From: Candidatus Methanomethylophilaceae archaeon
GTDB lineage: Archaea; Thermoplasmatota; Thermoplasmata; Methanomassiliicoccales; Methanomethylophilaceae
Direction of reading: 5' to 3'
DNA: 64,000 nt
NCBI GenBank assembly: GCA_944320495.1
Contig: CALUHR010000005.1
Span: 192,001 to 256,000 of the forward strand
Shown here: positions 62,008 to 64,000 of the stretch, piece by piece
How positions within the stretch are numbered: position 1 is the stretch's first letter
Layout: each line of letters starts with the position of its first letter
Position numbers and translations under genes: made by a program
Notes under the pieces: model-generated
What the model was told of the DNA's origin: nothing
Databases searched by the model: none
Seen by the model: the letters and a program-made list of their open reading frames with translations, nothing else

Positions 62008-62313
62008 ATGGGGTCTTCGCTTAGTGACGTAATCCAGAATGATGACGTCCTATGCAAGGAGCTGGAAAACATGATCTATGGGTGGAGAACTCTTGATGAA
62101 CTGGTCATCCAGCTCATTTTCTTCCTCAGAGGGCTGGGACCCAGCAACATGTGTCGCGATGTCACATTGAACGCACTCCGCATCATGGCCGATCAGAGTT
62201 TTATCGAATTGGACGAGAGTGGATTGTATGAAACCCTCACCCAACTGGACCATCATCTCATAACCGAATCGGAGGCCTTGGATCTCATCCCGAGGTTCAT
62301 CAGGATCCTCTGA
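62008..62313 (+). CDS. Hypothetical protein (101 aa)
   Basis: Protein-like helical sequence; start chosen at MGSSLSD. Confidence 0.6.
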   Translation: MGSSLSDVIQNDDVLCKELENMIYGWRTLDELVIQLIFFLRGLGPSNMCRDVTLNALRIMADQSFIELDESGLYETLTQLDHHLITESEALDLIPRFIRIL

Positions 62314-62357
62314 AACACTTGACGACGGGACGACCCCACCCGTCCCGTCACCAGAGT

Positions 62358-62711
62358 TCAGAGTTCGTTCCCGTGAAGAACCCAATCTACATGTCTGCGG
62401 ATTTCGTCGATGCGTGCGAACACGCGATGTCTCTCGCGGAACCGTCTCTGGCGTTCCACCCTTCTGGAATACTCTATCCAGTCACACGGACTGAAAGGGC
62501 TGTAACTGCGTCTGCCCTCTTCGAAGTCGCGGATTTCGTACTGGTACACCGCCGCCTCCCTGGCCGAATCCCTGTACCATTTCGGGACTTCCCAGACATA
62601 GGGGGTCCACATCATGTACCCACGTTTCTGGTAGAATCTCATCCTCGGACAGGAACAGCGATGGCTGCATAGCCTATGCAGTATCGCCCCGATGGAATTG
62701 CCATCCTCCAT
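62358..62711 (-). CDS. Hypothetical Arg/Trp-rich protein (117 aa)
   Basis: ORF downstream of the minus-strand promoter-like motif at about 62851; about 20 Arg codons, none of them CGA. Confidence 0.5.
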   Translation of the reverse strand: MEDGNSIGAILHRLCSHRCSCPRMRFYQKRGYMMWTPYVWEVPKWYRDSAREAAVYQYEIRDFEEGRRSYSPFSPCDWIEYSRRVERQRRFRERHRVFARIDEIRRHVDWVLHGNEL

Positions 62712-63160
62712 GATTGAATCAGCCGACGGCATCCTATATAACGGTCCGCCGCGGCCGGCGGACACCTCCGATCTTCGACGTCTGGCTATGTCTCCCGGAG
62801 CGGCCTTCGGGACCCCTATCGGACGGGTTCCGACGCCCTTTCGGGGACGGTTCATAAACGGTTCCCATGACATCATGTACGCAGGCCCCGCCCCCGTCTT
62901 CAATGGGTCCGCCGCTCCGCCGCTTCCGGATCGGCGGTTCGGCGGGATCCCGCGGGAATCCAGCGCGTACGCCGTATAAGAAGGTCTTCGGAAGACGGCA
63001 GAAGCGGGACGGCGAGCAAATGTATCGAAATCTCTCCGCCCCGATGCGATGATAGGACGTCCGGTTATAAGGATTGGGACATCCCAAGTTCCAGAGTTGA
63101 CGCATCTCGCCATGACCCAAGAGTTGTTTTAGGACGTTGTCAATCCAACTCGGGGATTGG

Positions 63161-63640
63161 ATGCGCAGAATATCGTTGATTCGCAGAAGGAAGGCGGTGT
63201 CGGAATCCAGACGCTATGATGCCACCACGAGGAGCTGCGTGAACAGGATCATCAGGGACAACATGGTCATCAACGGGTTCCCAGAGGGTGACCCGGAGGT
63301 GGACGGCCCGAGATTCGTTCGCTACGAGGGTGCCATACAGGGGCTGTGCGATGCCCTGATGATGGACTCCGATCCGGTGGCCAGGGCGGCGGTATGCCTG
63401 GATTACATCCTGAACATGCATCCGTTCGTCGATGGGAACAAGCGCACCGGGCTGGCAGTCGCCTCCAGATTCATAACGTCGGCGCACCGCAGACTTCCGC
63501 TCGATGATGAGGACACCTATCTCTTCGTCAGGCGGATAGCGGCCGAAGGGCTGACGAGATACGAGATCGAGGCTTGGCTGCGCGAGAACACGGTCGGCAA
63601 TCCTTCAGCTTCGAGAAGACGTACTGGAAATGGTCCATGA
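63161..63640 (+). CDS. Fic/Doc family protein
   Basis: HPFVDGNKRTG Fic/Doc catalytic motif. Confidence 0.88.
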   Translation: MRRISLIRRRKAVSESRRYDATTRSCVNRIIRDNMVINGFPEGDPEVDGPRFVRYEGAIQGLCDALMMDSDPVARAAVCLDYILNMHPFVDGNKRTGLAVASRFITSAHRRLPLDDEDTYLFVRRIAAEGLTRYEIEAWLRENTVGNPSASRRRTGNGP

Positions 63641-64000
63641 TCTCATAGAGCCTTCCGTCTCCCCCTTCGAGGAGAGGGTCCAGTCTGGAAGCGTCCACCG
63701 ACATGTCCCTTCTGCGGATGCTGCGACTCTCTCCGTTCATCGCATTTCGATAGACGGGATCCGTATTTCTCTTTGACGGGACCGCACCGCTTGTGCGGTC
63801 CCAATCCAAAACACTAGAGCGAGCGGAATAAATACCATGACCTCCCAATTACCACCGAGGCCCTCGGCGGCACCGGGACCCGACTAAACGCCCCCCACCT
63901 ACCGGATACGTGGAGAGGGGTGCGGGTCTGCCATCGGACCGGAGATCAAAACCGGAGCATCCGGATGAACAGCAACGACCAGCAGCCGTGTATGACGCTG

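Noticed and set aside
1-64000. CRISPR array, diversity-generating retroelement, IS/transposase, integrase or invertase
   Set aside because: No regularly spaced repeat-spacer array, reverse transcriptase, DDE motif or tyrosine/serine recombinase motif was recognised.

Overview
High-GC archaeal window, most consistent with a Methanomassiliicoccales (Methanomethylophilaceae-like) genome. This assignment is inferred from BRE/TATA promoters, a CCA-less tRNA-Asp, adhesin-like and Listeria-Bacteroides-repeat surface proteins, an AAA_14/DUF4143 ATPase and in-frame amber codons. From 1.4 to 30.5 kb there are five paralogous giant membrane-anchored adhesin/S-layer-like genes in alternating orientation. 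They share a 5' DNA motif and a structured 3' tail, and a foreign ATPase + dual-HEPN insert sits between genes 2 and 3. From 30.8 to 64 kb there is an accessory, island-like region. It holds a surface-protein operon with a possible pleolipovirus-type spike, a BcgI-like restriction-modification fusion, HicAB-like, Panacea and Doc toxin-antitoxin genes, tRNA-Asp, another adhesin, and an operon with a Zot-like P-loop ATPase and a zincin. Main discovery: CGA appears to act as a STOP codon. Reading codons by hand, I found no internal in-frame CGA in about 40 confidently assigned genes, although CGC, CGT, CGG, AGG and AGA are all used. In 10 genes the first in-frame CGA falls at or just before the expected gene end. 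These include two CGATG stop/start overlaps and a convergent pair whose CGAs are 3 bp apart. TAG appears to be read through (pyrrolysine-like). No integrase, recombinase, reverse transcriptase or CRISPR array was found. All family calls come from motif recognition, not database searches.
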